DNA of 61,867 nt, filler included, from Sphacelaria rigidula (taxonomy: Eukaryota), in the NCBI GenBank assembly GCA_964200075.2. It is 11 parts of 11 records of this genome, joined end to end, with 100 filler letters (N's around TTAATTAATTAA, not from the genome) between each part and the next. Parts side by side here need not be neighbours in the genome. Positions count along the whole stretch, not along the records: positions 33,803 to 39,335 come from CAXNAA020026565.1; positions 39,436 to 44,968 come from CAXNAA020026566.1; positions 45,069 to 50,601 come from CAXNAA020026567.1; 8 more parts are not named here. One strand, 5' to 3'. Of the stretch, positions 33,803-46,244 are shown piece by piece (positions within the stretch are counted from its first letter, which is position 1; every line of letters starts with the position of its first letter). The position numbers and the translations under genes are program-made. Below the pieces are notes generated by a model. It saw only the letters and a program-made list of their open reading frames with translations, was not told the DNA's origin and made no database searches.

Positions 33803-36800
33803 CGAGTAAAGACAGATACCTTCGTACCGTGGTTTGTCAGTACTACAGACTACACTGAAAAGGCTGTTCACACCAAGAGCGTATGCACATGGGCGGCCCC
33901 CGCCTCCTACCGTATGATGCAGTCTTGAATGGACTCCAACCCACCGACGCCGACTTCGCTGATTTCCGTACTATCGGTCCTTGCGCAAATATTGCAGTTT
34001 CGCCACCTCCAGTCGTCCATCTCATTTCCGACAACACGCGCTCTCGGTCTGCCGCCCGCGCTAACCCTCCCCGCGCCCCACCGCCACCGACAACACCGAC
34101 TGCTCCAGCAAGCAGCGTCGCGCCGGCTCCCCGCAACGCCGTACCATGAGCCTTGACAACCCCCGCCACGCGCAGTTCTCACAACAAGCGCCGAGCCCAA
34201 CCTCCGGTGCGCACTACTGCGACATCGCCACCTGCTGCGGTCTCGTCAGTGCCCACCTCTTCTGATGCTTCCGATGTTCACATCGACGTTGGCACCTCCT
34301 CCTCGTCGCCTGTTCCACCGCTTCCTGAGCCACAATGTCTGGTCGGCTCTCCGGCGGAAGGCCAACTGCGAGAATTTCTCGCCAGTTACCCCCATCGTGA
34401 TTGGGCTCGTGAACAACAAGCAGAACCATTATGCCGCCCAACCATGCGGTACCTCCGTGCTGGCTGCCCTGCTCCTACCCCGGCCAACTTATTGGCCCCG
34501 ATTGGCACACTGCCACCACCAAACGCCGCTGAGGTGTACGAACTCGCACGCAAAGGTACTATCTTCACATCTGATGACGGAATAAAATTGCTTGTCCGCC
34601 GTCCTACGCCCCAGCAGGTTGTAACTTTATCCGCGCCCACTGGACGCCATGCACGCCTACTCGACGATGAACGCACTCGAATATATGTCCCATTTTTGAT
34701 GCGACCGTGGGTAATGAAAGGTTGCCATACTGACCTGTCTTGCAACCTTGGAGTCACGCGCACATTAGCGTTACTCGAACGTTTCTACTGGTGGATAGGT
34801 ATGGAAGTGTCCATCCGCTTCTGCTTTCGGCGTTGCTTCAAGTGTCAAGCTCGCAAAACCTCACGACAGACTATACGTTGGCCAGTTATTTCGATGGCAC
34901 TTCCCAACGCTCCTGGTCACCTCGTGTCTTTCGACTATTTTGGTCCTTTACCGCCCACTGACCGTGGCAACACCTACATCTTACTCTTTACCGACCGCTT
35001 CAGCCGCCACGCAGCCATGTGCGCAGTCACCGCTGGAACTTCACAGCGGCACAGCTAATATCTTAGCTCATGACTATATCAAGCACTATGGTTGCCCGAA
35101 ACGGCTTCTCTCCGACAACGGTCAGCAGTGTTGCTCCGATCTCTCGGACGAACTGTATACGCTCCTGGGCATTCGAAATATTGCCACAAGCGCTCACCAC
35201 CCTAATGGTAATGGTGGTACTGAACGAGTTAACCACACCATGGCCCAGATGCTGCCTATGGTAGTCAACGATTGACAAAACGATTGGGATCTCCATCTCT
35301 CACATGTCATGTTGTATTATAACAACTCCGTCAACGCTGCTACCGGTCTTTCTCCGAACGAGTTACATCTCGGCCGCTACCCACGTTTGCCCATCACCGT
35401 GTTTGAGAGACACACCTTTAATGGCCACCAAGGCTTAGATCAGGATCAGATATCCTACCATGACCTGGCGCGTGCACGCCAGCGCAAAGCTTTCACTCTC
35501 GTGCGTGAACAACACGCTATCAACGCCTCGCGCCTTGAGAGATCTAATAATGCTCTCTACAATCTGATGCACAAACGACCTACTTGGAAGGTTAGCGATT
35601 GGGTCTGGGTTTACAACAGTTTGTCAACCATTCGTCAAGGCGCTGACAGAGCTGCCAAGGAGACAGTCTCGAAGACTAAGCTATCCCTCAACTGGACAGG
35701 ACCGTTCAAGATTCTGACCGTAGGGCCTTCGCCATCTTCACCTGATGGTAACCTGTCGGTGATAAACTTCTTTATCTCGATCTTCATCGCGACCTTCGAG
35801 GACATGACGCCAAATCTCGCGTCTCTGTGCACCGTTGTAAACCTTGCATCAACCCGCATGACGCTAGAGACATGCCCAAATATCTGCCGGCCGGTCTTAC
35901 GCAGTACGTACTCAACAACTACTCGACTAAATCACCGCCTTATCTCGTTACTACCGATGATGTGACGGAACAACCCCTTCGTCTCGCCGTGTCCCACATT
36001 TCTGGTCACCAGATCACTCGCGGTCGAGGCGGTAATATTGCTGTCATGTACAAAACTCACTGGCAAGGTCTTCGGAGAGCGTCTTGGGAACGCGAATCCG
36101 ACCTTCAGTTACACCGCCGAGCTATTCTCCTTTACTGGACACAACCTCAGCAACAACATCTTGCTAACAAGAAATATTGCAACATGCGCCGCGGCGCAGC
36201 AGCACGCGAACTTCACCGTGACAAAGGTTTGCGCTTTGTCGCCGATGGCTATGAATTGGTAGCCACCCAACATTGGAAAGAAAAGATCCGCACAAAACAG
36301 GAAATCCTCCCCAAAGGCGCCTACTTGTGGTACAAACGCAGCGACAACCTCGGGCGGCTATGCCAGACCCACTCCACAGACCTTATCGCGCCTGACACTT
36401 ACATCGTGCGCTTCATCGATGACCCCGGACCCGTGCAGCTCAAGCTCCGCCCAGAGCTCTATACCACCAGTCCATCCGCACCACGAAGGTCTTGGTGTCT
36501 TCAGAGACTCAAATCCAAAGGCCTCCGCCGCAAAATCCAATATAATATCGATCGCACACATGATGTTAACGCACCGCTTTAAGCTCCCACAGATCTTCTG
36601 CTTTCCGATCCCTACATGTTTTTTTCCTCTCTTTTATTTTCTTCCCGTGTCATTTAGATATTTTCCCCTGTTTCCAACATCCAAGACACACCGGTGCCAC
36701 CCATCGACTTCTTCAACAGCCTACAACCGGAGCTCCTTCGGCGGACAACCACGGACGACGAATGGAACTTGCGTGGAACACGTTCATCCTCGACTACTGG

Positions 36801-37340
36801 AGCTTCTCGTATTCTCGCTTTTGGCTTTTTGTATGACTGGCACTGAACCCCTTGCAGTCTTGGAGTTGTTTATCCCCTTGCTTCCTCAGCCACTATGCGC
36901 TCGCCGCATGTGATTGGCTTTCCGGCGGGTAACTTTGGTACCACCCACGTAGACGTTGTGCCCCTGGTGTGTTTTCTCTTTTGCCTCTCTATTTTTGGCT
37001 AGCACGTCGAAGCATTTTGTGTTCGTCTGTTTAGTTTTCTAGCCCGCAGCAGCATTCTGTGCTCCTGCGTCTTCAAGCACACTCGCGCTTTTCGGTAGCA
37101 GATTTCGCTTACCTTGTTTGAGGTGTGGGAGCATCGGGCAACGGAGTGAATGTTGCCCTCGTCGTCTGGGGTGTACCTTCTTCTTTTTTAGTCACTTCGG
37201 CCGAGTGCTTTCATAGCATTGAGTTCCCCTTCCTTGTCGCTCATGACTTGACGTGGAGAAAAAACTCGATTTTCGTTGCTTTTTTAGATTTCTCATCGCA
37301 ACTGTAATAGAGGTTCCTTTGGATGGGCGAGTGTCATGAA
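33803..37340 (+). mobile_element. Ty3/Gypsy LTR retrotransposon 3' half, degenerate: integrase (Zn finger, core, GPF) with chromo-like and further C-terminal domain
   Basis: Consecutive frameshifted ORFs 34153-35058 (CH...LGVTRT...FYWW...CFKCQARK, SFDYFGPLP, TDRFSRH), 34940-35275 (LSDNG, HPNGNGGTERVNHT), 35309-35965 (YNNSVNAATGLSP, WTGPFKI) and 35827-36582 (YKTHWQG...SWERESDL). A purine-rich GGATGGGCGAG followed by TGTCA at about 37321-37336 may be the PPT/LTR junction. Confidence 0.92.
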
Positions 37341-37729
37341 GCTAGGCGGCGTCTATTATCAAACCTGGGATTCTATAAGTTGCGGGTCTGATTGAGCTTG
37401 GCTAGACCGGATGTGAGACTGAGAAAAAGGTACAGGCATGGGTCCTTCAGCCCTCTTGCGGTACTCGCCCGGGTGAAGCTGATTGTTAAACCACTGTTAT
37501 AATCGGAGAGCAGCTGAGAGAGCATTGAAAGGAGCGATAACGAATACGAGCGAAGAAGAGTCTTTTGTACCAAGTGGGTATAGCTTACTGCGTGAAGCTA
37601 TTGTGTTGTTAACTGATTTGAACACGTCTATAACCCGATCCCTTGTGAGGACAGAGCCTTGGAAGTATCTGACCTCTGACCCGACCGGCTTGCACCAAGA
37701 GGGTGCATCCCGCCTGACACTAAAACAGT

Positions 37730-39283
37730 AGTCAGGGTGGTGGGGATCCACCTTACGGGCTCATTTTTGGGGGCTGATGTTTTCAGAGCAAATCGTAGCA
37801 GTCTGGATTTCAAAGCAAGTCGAGGGTTTCGCTACACCTCGTTTCGCCGTGGATTCCATTTTTGACTAATGATAGCCCCCGATATGCCATTAAGAATATA
37901 CTATTTGCCTTGGACCCGCTCAAAAAACCTTTCGCTAGCCACGCCTTCCCCAGCGCCCTGTAAGTTCCCCAGTAGCAGTGACGTTGTCTGAGAAGACGAC
38001 GGCACGAGGGAGTAAAACGTGAGGCTGGCCGAGCGTTCCGCCTCCATCGATGGGTTTGTGAGTATGGCGGTGAAAACGGTGACTATGGGACCCCAACCGC
38101 AGAACAGGCAGCTAGTTCTGATGCTGCCCTTGGCTAAGTACGATCTGGACGGTGAAGCGTTGGTGTGAATAGCCAAAGGGGTGTTGTGGTGGGTACCAGG
38201 GTTTCCGGTGTACTGTAAGTTAGTAGACATGGGTAAAGATAGGGCCGAAGTGAAAACCTCCGGAACAATCGCGCGCATGATAGCCCTCAATATGCACGAT
38301 CCTGCTTGCTTTCACTCACTTTTCGACGACACGCCAGGGCGGGAACCGGACTGACAGCAGTCCCGGCGGCATTCACTCGCAGAGTGAAATCAACGATAGG
38401 CAACCTGAATGGCGTACACGACTGGCTAGATAACATCCTCGTGGCCAGCCCCTCGTGGAACGATCACTTATCTCTACTCACCATGATCTTGCAACGATTG
38501 TCGACTGCAGGATTTTCGGTGGAATTCGCCAAATGCAGCTTTGCAGCACCGTGTCAGGAGTTACTTGGCATGTTGATCGATATGACAGACATACAACTTG
38601 CCCCGTCCAAACTCGTCGCAGTTGCTAAGATGCCACGTCCACACACTGTCGAGGAACTATGCTCGTTCCTCGGACTCACCGGGTATCTCAGACAGTTTGT
38701 CCAGAAATACAGCATCAAAGGCGCCCCGCTGACAAACAGTCTTCGCAACAAAGAGTTTGCCTCACGTCGTGCACGTAAGCTCGCCATTCCGTGGGGTGAT
38801 GACCAGGTAACAGCGTTCCAGACATTCAAGTCTTCTCTAGTATCCCCGACGACACTCGTTTTCCCCTACTTGAACATCACGTTCAAATTGCAGACGGATA
38901 CCAGCACAGTGGGTGCTGGGGCCACTCTCCTGCAGCCAGTGGGAGACGAGTCTCGCATCATCACATTTGCGAGTCCTCGGTTTTCACATATAGACTCGCG
39001 CCGAGCACCCAAGGAGAGGGAAAACAAGGGCGTAATATGTGGGGCGCAACACTTTAGACCGTATCTAGCAGGCAGGAAGTTCAGATTAGTCACCGACTGT
39101 TCCGCGCTGACATGGTTGTTCCGTTGTCGTGATCTGTGCCCCAAGCTACACAGGTGGACCCTCCCACTCATGGAGTACAACACGGAACTCCGATTGCGGG
39201 AGGGAACCCAACACGTGTTATCTGACGCTATGTCCCGTCGTCCGCATCAACAGGGACTAGGAGACGACATAGATGACTCATGA
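37730..39283 (+). mobile_element. Second Ty3/Gypsy pol fragment (protease remnant, truncated RT, RNase H), degenerate
   Basis: 38306-39283: GLTAVPAAF, WLDNILVAS (YxDD decayed), KCSF, SFLGLTGYLRQFV, LQTDTSTVGAGATL, HFRPYLAGRKFRLVTDCSAL, SDAMSR. Upstream FLGADVFRANRSSLDF (about 37764-37812) resembles the aspartic-protease ILGxD motif. The RT N-terminus is deleted. Confidence 0.9.
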
Positions 39284-40745
39284 GTGATGCTACGGTAGGG
39301 GTACAGAAATAATTTCTGAGGTTAACATTGTTAGGNNNNNNNNNNNNNNNNNNNNNNNNNNNNNNNNNNNNNNNNNNNNTTAATTAATTAANNNNNNNNN
39401 NNNNNNNNNNNNNNNNNNNNNNNNNNNNNNNNNNNTATGGCGCTCGGCTGGCGAGGGGGGGGGGGGGGGGGGGTGGGGGGGGGGGGGGGCTATCGTAGAA
39501 AGTGTCTCCTCTGGCGATATCGTCATCGATACGCGTGTGCACCGTATTCATTTGGTGCACCTAACCACACCGGCGTGACTGAAACAGAAACTCTGCTTGC
39601 GAAAACGTTCTCCCGTGGTGATACTCTTCGGCATGAATTTCCGATTTTCCGAATTGAGCTTGAACCCCATTTTAGTGGTCAACCCCAAAATTCAGAATCG
39701 GCTGTTTCCTGCATCTCGATCACAGCATCGTATACAACACGGTACTTATTATACAGCGATACGTTTTCATGGAGCGTGAGACACAGCACGCAGTACTAGG
39801 CACAATAAGCATTTCATATCAGCGACTCAGTTTGTATGGTAGTCCTATGTTACATAGAAGATTCCTGGTTCTAGACATTGGCCCCTGCTGTTCAAGGTAG
39901 CCAATCGTAGAGCCTAGTACATCGTATGCGCACCGCCACCTACACATAATATGCAATAAGAATGAACCCGTCAGCCTCTCGATCTCGTGCTGGGGGTGTA
40001 TACAAGGTGAAGTTCAAGTGCAAAACTGAAACTGGCACACACGCAGCTCTGAATGTTGCCAATTCAGCCAAGCTGTACGAGCCTGAAGCATCTTGTGAGA
40101 CAATATATTGCCGATCATTTGCCGTAGTAGAGCTTCATTGACGCCCGGGCAGCACACTTGTGCAGTCCGTTTCAAGATTGAAGATCCACCCTACAAATCC
40201 ACCCTGACCTCATGAATTCCGAAACGACATGAAGAACTTACGTTGATAACTCCATGTTCGCCAATTCATCGTGATGGACCAGAACACTTCCATGGTGAAA
40301 TGTGCTGTGGCCCAAGGGTGCGCATTTCCCCATAAGCGTAGCAATCTGCCGGAGTAATCTAGTTGATGTACAGTTGCTACTGTAGATCTTGCGAAACGGC
40401 ACCTGTTGAGCCGCTATTAATATATCTGGTGCTAATACCCGTAGTGTCCGGTACTTAGATCCCTAGATGCTCATCGTTGATCCCCAAGCCCACCTGATGT
40501 GGAGGTCCAGATCCGGAATGTATGCGCCGTAGCCGAAAATGTCCACATTCGTCGGAAGCGATCTTCCTCAATGTATACTGCAGTAGATGTAAGCTACCGA
40601 CACGGTCCCACGGTGGTACTGAAAGCACCGGTATAGAGAGGTGGAAACCTACTTGCCGCATCGAGGGAGTCGGAGTCATACTCTGTCCTCGCTGTATGAC
40701 TGTTGTCGATCAGCAGTGCCATTTTGCTGTATCATTTAACGCTAG

Positions 40746-43183
40746 CGGGAATGACTGAGGTCAGCAAAGGATTCACGCAGCTAGCGGAGTTGCTCGCAGC
40801 AGAACCAGAGCAGCGCTCACCCGAAGACTTGTTCGAGATCTCAAATGGCCTATTCTTCTCTAGCTTCATCCGCCAGCTGAATGTGGCCACGAGGTGAAGT
40901 GCCGTTGATGGCCCTCTTCAAGGCATCATTAAGACAGCAGAGACCCCCGGACATTTTTTACATGACCCGACTCTTATCCAGGACAGTGCAGTGCAGTGCA
41001 GTGCAGTGCAATAGTACGTGCATAGGGCTTGCGTGAAGTAATAAGTGGAATTTCCAGTCTAGCGCAGCCGCGACGTCCCGGTGGTCAAAACTGGTATATC
41101 GTGGGCCAGTTAGGGCGAGGTGTTGGGCTCGCATCCCATCAGTATTGGTTTCTGTCACCACCGCGGTTCCGTCATGAAAAACTTGAGAATATGAGCATTT
41201 GCAAAAACTGGAAACGAAATTCGACGGGCCACGGAGGCGCTGATCCGATTCTCCGTGATACTGCAAGACAATTATCAAGGAGAGATGTGTTGACACGTCC
41301 ACACCGCGTACAAGCGGGGCCGGCTAATAGCTCCAGTAGATGATTCATCAATATCGCAACGCGTGGCTTACTTTTCGAGTTGGAACCTCAAATATCGACG
41401 TGGTTTCAACGCGATTTCTTTCGTTCTATTCCGCCGAGATACGACGAACCCAATTCTTTCAGGGGTGGATGGGAAGTCGGAGGCGAGTCGTCGATAAGAG
41501 AATGAAGAAAGGAAATGTTTGAAAGTTCACAGGCGAGTTTCTCGCGAATCATGTGTCAAAAGTTCAGATCCCAACGCGAAAAGTGGGCTATGTGTGACCG
41601 ATTTCCAGGTCAGATCTATGTCCATGTATACATTACGGATGTCCGTCCTCTCTCTCTCTTTTCGTAATACTTTGACTGCCCTCTTCCTCCGGACGAGTCC
41701 GTAGTCTCAGGATATCAACTCATACCTCCCCCGGTACACGCGTAACACTTTGGTATCGCGGATTGGATCAACACTCTCGCACCACGTCGATCATCATCGA
41801 AGTTTCTTTGCTCCTCACATGATCGCGTATTCAACGATGGGAATCAGATGCTTCCGACAAAACTCGTACATTGCTATATCTGCTAGGATTCGTACCCCCG
41901 ACTCCGCAGTGACCGGTTTCGAGATGTAACAGTTAGATCAACGGGACTCGGCGACAATACGTGCGTAAAACAAGAGGTCGTCATTGAAAGGTCTAAAATA
42001 ATTGGTGGATGTTGGGTAGATATATATCGGTTTTGAAAGAAACTAGAACCACCAATGGGAATTACAGGGTACAGCACTGTGGTACGATCACATTACTGCG
42101 AAGTTCATGAAATACGGCACGAATTGGTTACCCACACTTGTAGTAACAACCGGATCCAACCTATAGGACAAACACACCACGGTTCGGCACAGCAGAGCGC
42201 GGCTCAGTACCGCCAGTAGCAGTCGCCCTCATCATCTCTGTAACAACATGATCCCCCTAGAACTGGCACGCGAACGCGATCATCACCTTTCATAGCCTAT
42301 AGCTTCCTCCCCTTAGGCCTCGATACCGACCTGCATTCTATTTGACAAAAGAAACAGCACTGTTGCGTAACTCTGCGCTGCACTATGGTGCCTGCGTGGG
42401 AAAGAAATATGTTCAGAATTGGACTACTAACTTGTGAAGGAAGCAGCGGTGCCAGGATACACACAAGTAGAGCGGCCGACCCAGCGACCCATGTAGCCTT
42501 TGGGTCTGTTTGCTGGCCTTCCGATGAGAGGGTAACTTGCGTTTGTGAGGGACTTCGGGTGCTCACATGATATTCGTGGGTAACCGATGGTGGCGCCACG
42601 TCGTACAAAGCCTTGGGTTTTTTCTTGAATAAGTGAAATTGCACGCTGTTTGATCATGACAGGAACAGGCTCCCCCGTGGATGTGCACCACGAATGGACC
42701 AATGCAGCACGGCAGGCGTTCTGATTAGCTGAATGCGTTGTGCCGTGGCCCACCTGTAATTTAATTCTCTCATAATCGTACTAACTTGGAGGCAACGCGT
42801 AGAATACCGTCGATACGAGAATCGCAACAATCTTCAAACATGTCCAATTTTCAATGCACGTGCATCAAGGACTTCCATAAGAGGCGACTGAATCAACGCA
42901 AGGTGGTGTGATTCGAGGTTTGAGCGACCCAATGACGACCACCGTCGCGTTTTTCCTACAGTATAATGTAGCTTCGCTTGGTGCAGCTGTGTAGCAGAAT
43001 AACACAAAAACTCAATAGACTGCTCACAGCCTGACTAGAAGAGTTTTGCTCCATTTGCTCAACAGGCTGGCCGTCGCCAAGAGCGCAGTGCTACGTGAGA
43101 TTATGCCTGGATCGCACGTGTATCTTGCTGAGCGGAGCGAGAACGCGCTGTACATTATTGTATCCGGCATTGCTTCAATGGAG
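40746..43183 (+). CDS. Two exons (40746-40893, 43066-43183) of a cyclic-nucleotide-binding-domain protein
   Basis: AG/GT boundaries with matching phase 2 join. The spliced peptide LLAAEPEQRSPEDLFEISNGLFFSSFIRQLNVATR|LAVAKSAVLREIMPGSHVYLAERSENALYIIVSGIASME fits the start of a cNMP-binding (CAP-ED) fold. Confidence 0.7.
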
Positions 43184-46100
43184 GTGGGGCGCGACTGTAC
43201 TACGTGCATATTACTTGGCGCTACGGGATAAACAACGCTCGCGTATTGCCCGGTGACTACTATCAATAGTATTAATAACCCGGTGGCGTATGCGTCGTTA
43301 CGATTGTGCTTGATCATTTTCGAGCCAAAATTTATCGTGTTCCATGTTTCCGGCTAGGATGGCTGATATGGCTTGTTTAATGGCAGCCCTGTGAATGCTG
43401 AGTATGTCGCAACGACAGAGACAGGGGGGGGGGGCTTCTTCGAGTCACTCACTTTTCACCGTGGGAAATCCTCGTGTCATGCGTCGGGAGCAGCTCCCGT
43501 CGAGAGAGGCAGTAGACGGATTGAAAGTGACTATTTTATTGTGCATTTGCGTTTCATGGTAAGCAAGTAGAACACATCCGGCAGAACCAAGCGAACACAC
43601 ACACGAATCAACACACAGAAAAGTGCTGTATACCCATGCCCACGATGTTCCAATCCACTACACACCCCTTCCTTTGACGAGTGTCCTGTAATATATGCGC
43701 CATTGTTGAAACTTTCTTTACTGGCTCGCGAAAACCCAGGCCGTGGGCCTGGAATTTCGATCAGGAGATACCTTCGGCTTTCGAACGCCACAATCCCCCA
43801 CGTTTGACGTCATGGCCAATCATCGAGTTGTGAGCTGTAGGGAGCGAGGAGTTGTTGCCGTTATCCCGTACAACGAGTGTCTCGAGGTGAGATTTGTATT
43901 TTTGATGTCTGGTAATATCTAATTTACATCGATGGTGTGAAAAGCGTTTCTGCAACCTCGATGTATGCAGCAGAGGGAGCACTTTAATTGTACTCAAACC
44001 ACAAGACTGCGGGCCAGTAGGTCCTCTCCGTCGGACGAGATAGCGAACACTTTCTCCATCACCATCTTCCCATATCACCATCTTCCCATCTTAGTGATGC
44101 CCTGTTTGAAATATGTGGTTCTGACTGGGCGCAGAATCCAGACTAATTGTGTGTGGTTTTACGATGATCAGTACCCAATAGCCTTAGTGGGTCCCCGTCC
44201 GTCTCCATCATGCCGGTTCAGGTGCTGTTATCCGCGCCGCAGACTCCGATTTCTCTCTGGATTATTTTCATTGTAGAATCGTGAGAAAGCGATCCCTCTA
44301 TAACAGAAGCGGAGCCATTTTGCGAGGCCGGTCTGGCGGAGGGTTAGTCAGTAGGGAGCGACACTGTGTGCATGGGATATCTACTATCGGCCGGACTGTT
44401 GTTGTGATCAGAGATTTTTTCAAAGATTCTTGCGGTGCTTGCTTATCGTAAAGTAACTGGACTTCGCGGTGTTCCGAAATATCGTGCTCATCGAAAAACT
44501 TGAGGGTACTGGTTGTCGCGGCATAGGTTCCGACCCTTTTGTCTAGAGTAGTTCTCAGCTGGAAAAGGGGATCCTTGTAATTTCTTTCTAGTCGGCGATT
44601 TCCAATAGTATTTTCACGTTCCACCACTCATCTCAATGAACGATTGATCCCTAGGTTTCGGGATCGCGAGATACTACAGTAGGCATCCACTCCACGTTCC
44701 GAAACAAAAACCATCTCAGCGTTCAATATTAAACGTCTTACGGGCTGAATTGACAGGGGGTGCTATTGACCGTTTTTGGTCCAAAGCACATATATTTTCG
44801 GCTCTAGCGTGATGAAATTGTAGAACTAAAAAAATAAGGGTATTGAAAATATTCACGAGAGCGATCGGGATCGATTCACCCTCTCCCTGTGCTATGAGTC
44901 TCGATCAGGCATGCACCCCCCCTCCCCCCCCCCCGTCTCGAAAGGGATGCGTGGTCAATGGTCGAACGNNNNNNNNNNNNNNNNNNNNNNNNNNNNNNNN
45001 NNNNNNNNNNNNTTAATTAATTAANNNNNNNNNNNNNNNNNNNNNNNNNNNNNNNNNNNNNNNNNNNNAGAAGAGTGTCGTTTTTTTTTTTCCTAGTCAC
45101 GTGGGACTTCCTGGCAGCAAGCCTCAGTGAAGGCGGGGGCGATTAAAATAAAAATAAAAATAAAAATCGACACTTATTTTCCTCTCGGAAAGGGGCAAAA
45201 AAACAGCCATTTTTGGGGCGACTACTTTTTTTGCAGCCGTTCGGCGGCATGGTTCAAGCACGAGCTGCAAATTTTAAACATATTTTCTTAACCCAAACAA
45301 CATCGTAGAGTTCACAAAAAAAGAAACTTACATCGTTAAGGGCCCGTACAAATTTAGGTACCTTTACTTATGGGACAGAGGAAGTATTGTCATATTTTGA
45401 CCCTTGTTGTGTCGAAAGTATATCCCCCGTTTGACCACTATCAGCCTTCCACACCCGCCGTCCAATCCACCGCACGGCACAAAATCGAATGGCCGAAGGA
45501 AAGATCCAACGCTTCTTTTTACCTCTTCTTACGACCTGGAGACTGGAGACCCTATCGTCGGTGATTTTCGCCCCAACCAAACGAGAATACACTCCGCGGG
45601 ACCGTTGGGCGCGCGCGCGCGCAAACGGGCACAACAAGCTGCCAAATTACGGGATACAAATTACGGGATACAACGGCTGAACCCCTTCGTCGCTCAGTTA
45701 TCGCTCAGGCGCACAGCGCAACCGTGTCTAGGCAGCTTGCCCTACAGGGCGCTCACAATATACAACACAAGGGTAGGTGTTGCAGAGGCACACACACATG
45801 GTACTCATGGGGTGTAACCCACGAAGCGATCGTGGACCATGGAGTGACGAGAAGACAAGCGAGCGAGACCAGGTGCGGCGCTCTTCTTCCCGCGAAAGTT
45901 GGGGTACATGCTCTGCATGGGCCGTGAGTGCCTAGCCTTTGCCTCGGGATCGGACAGCTCCAGCCTGCGAGCTCACCTGTACCAGTTTTTTGGGCTAAAA
46001 TAGGTGGTGGGTTACCCACTTTTGATTATTGACTATTGCCCTTCAAGCAGCTTGGGACGCTTTCACCAAGTCAGTGTTTCGACAAAAAAGTAAGAATGCG

Positions 46101-46193
46101 TAGTGTCTAGCTCGACGGGTCGGGTCGGGCGGGGGTAGGGCAAAATCTCTTTGACAAAATAGAAAACCTCGACCAACTGATTTGACAACTCAC

Positions 46194-46244
46194 CCGCGAA
46201 AAACTCGTCGAGGTCAACCCCGACCGGCTTCGTTACCACAGGAC
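46194..46244 (-). CDS. Possible 51-nt internal exon
   Basis: Pyrimidine-rich CAG acceptor and G|GTGAGT donor; symmetric phase 1; peptide PVVTKPVGVDLDEFFA. Confidence 0.3.

Noticed and set aside
28170..39335. YR retroelement, Gypsy integrase and second RT as one composite system
   Set aside because: A linker at 33703-33802 separates unrelated contigs. Within contig 7 the integrase precedes the RT, so these are two separate Gypsy fragments.
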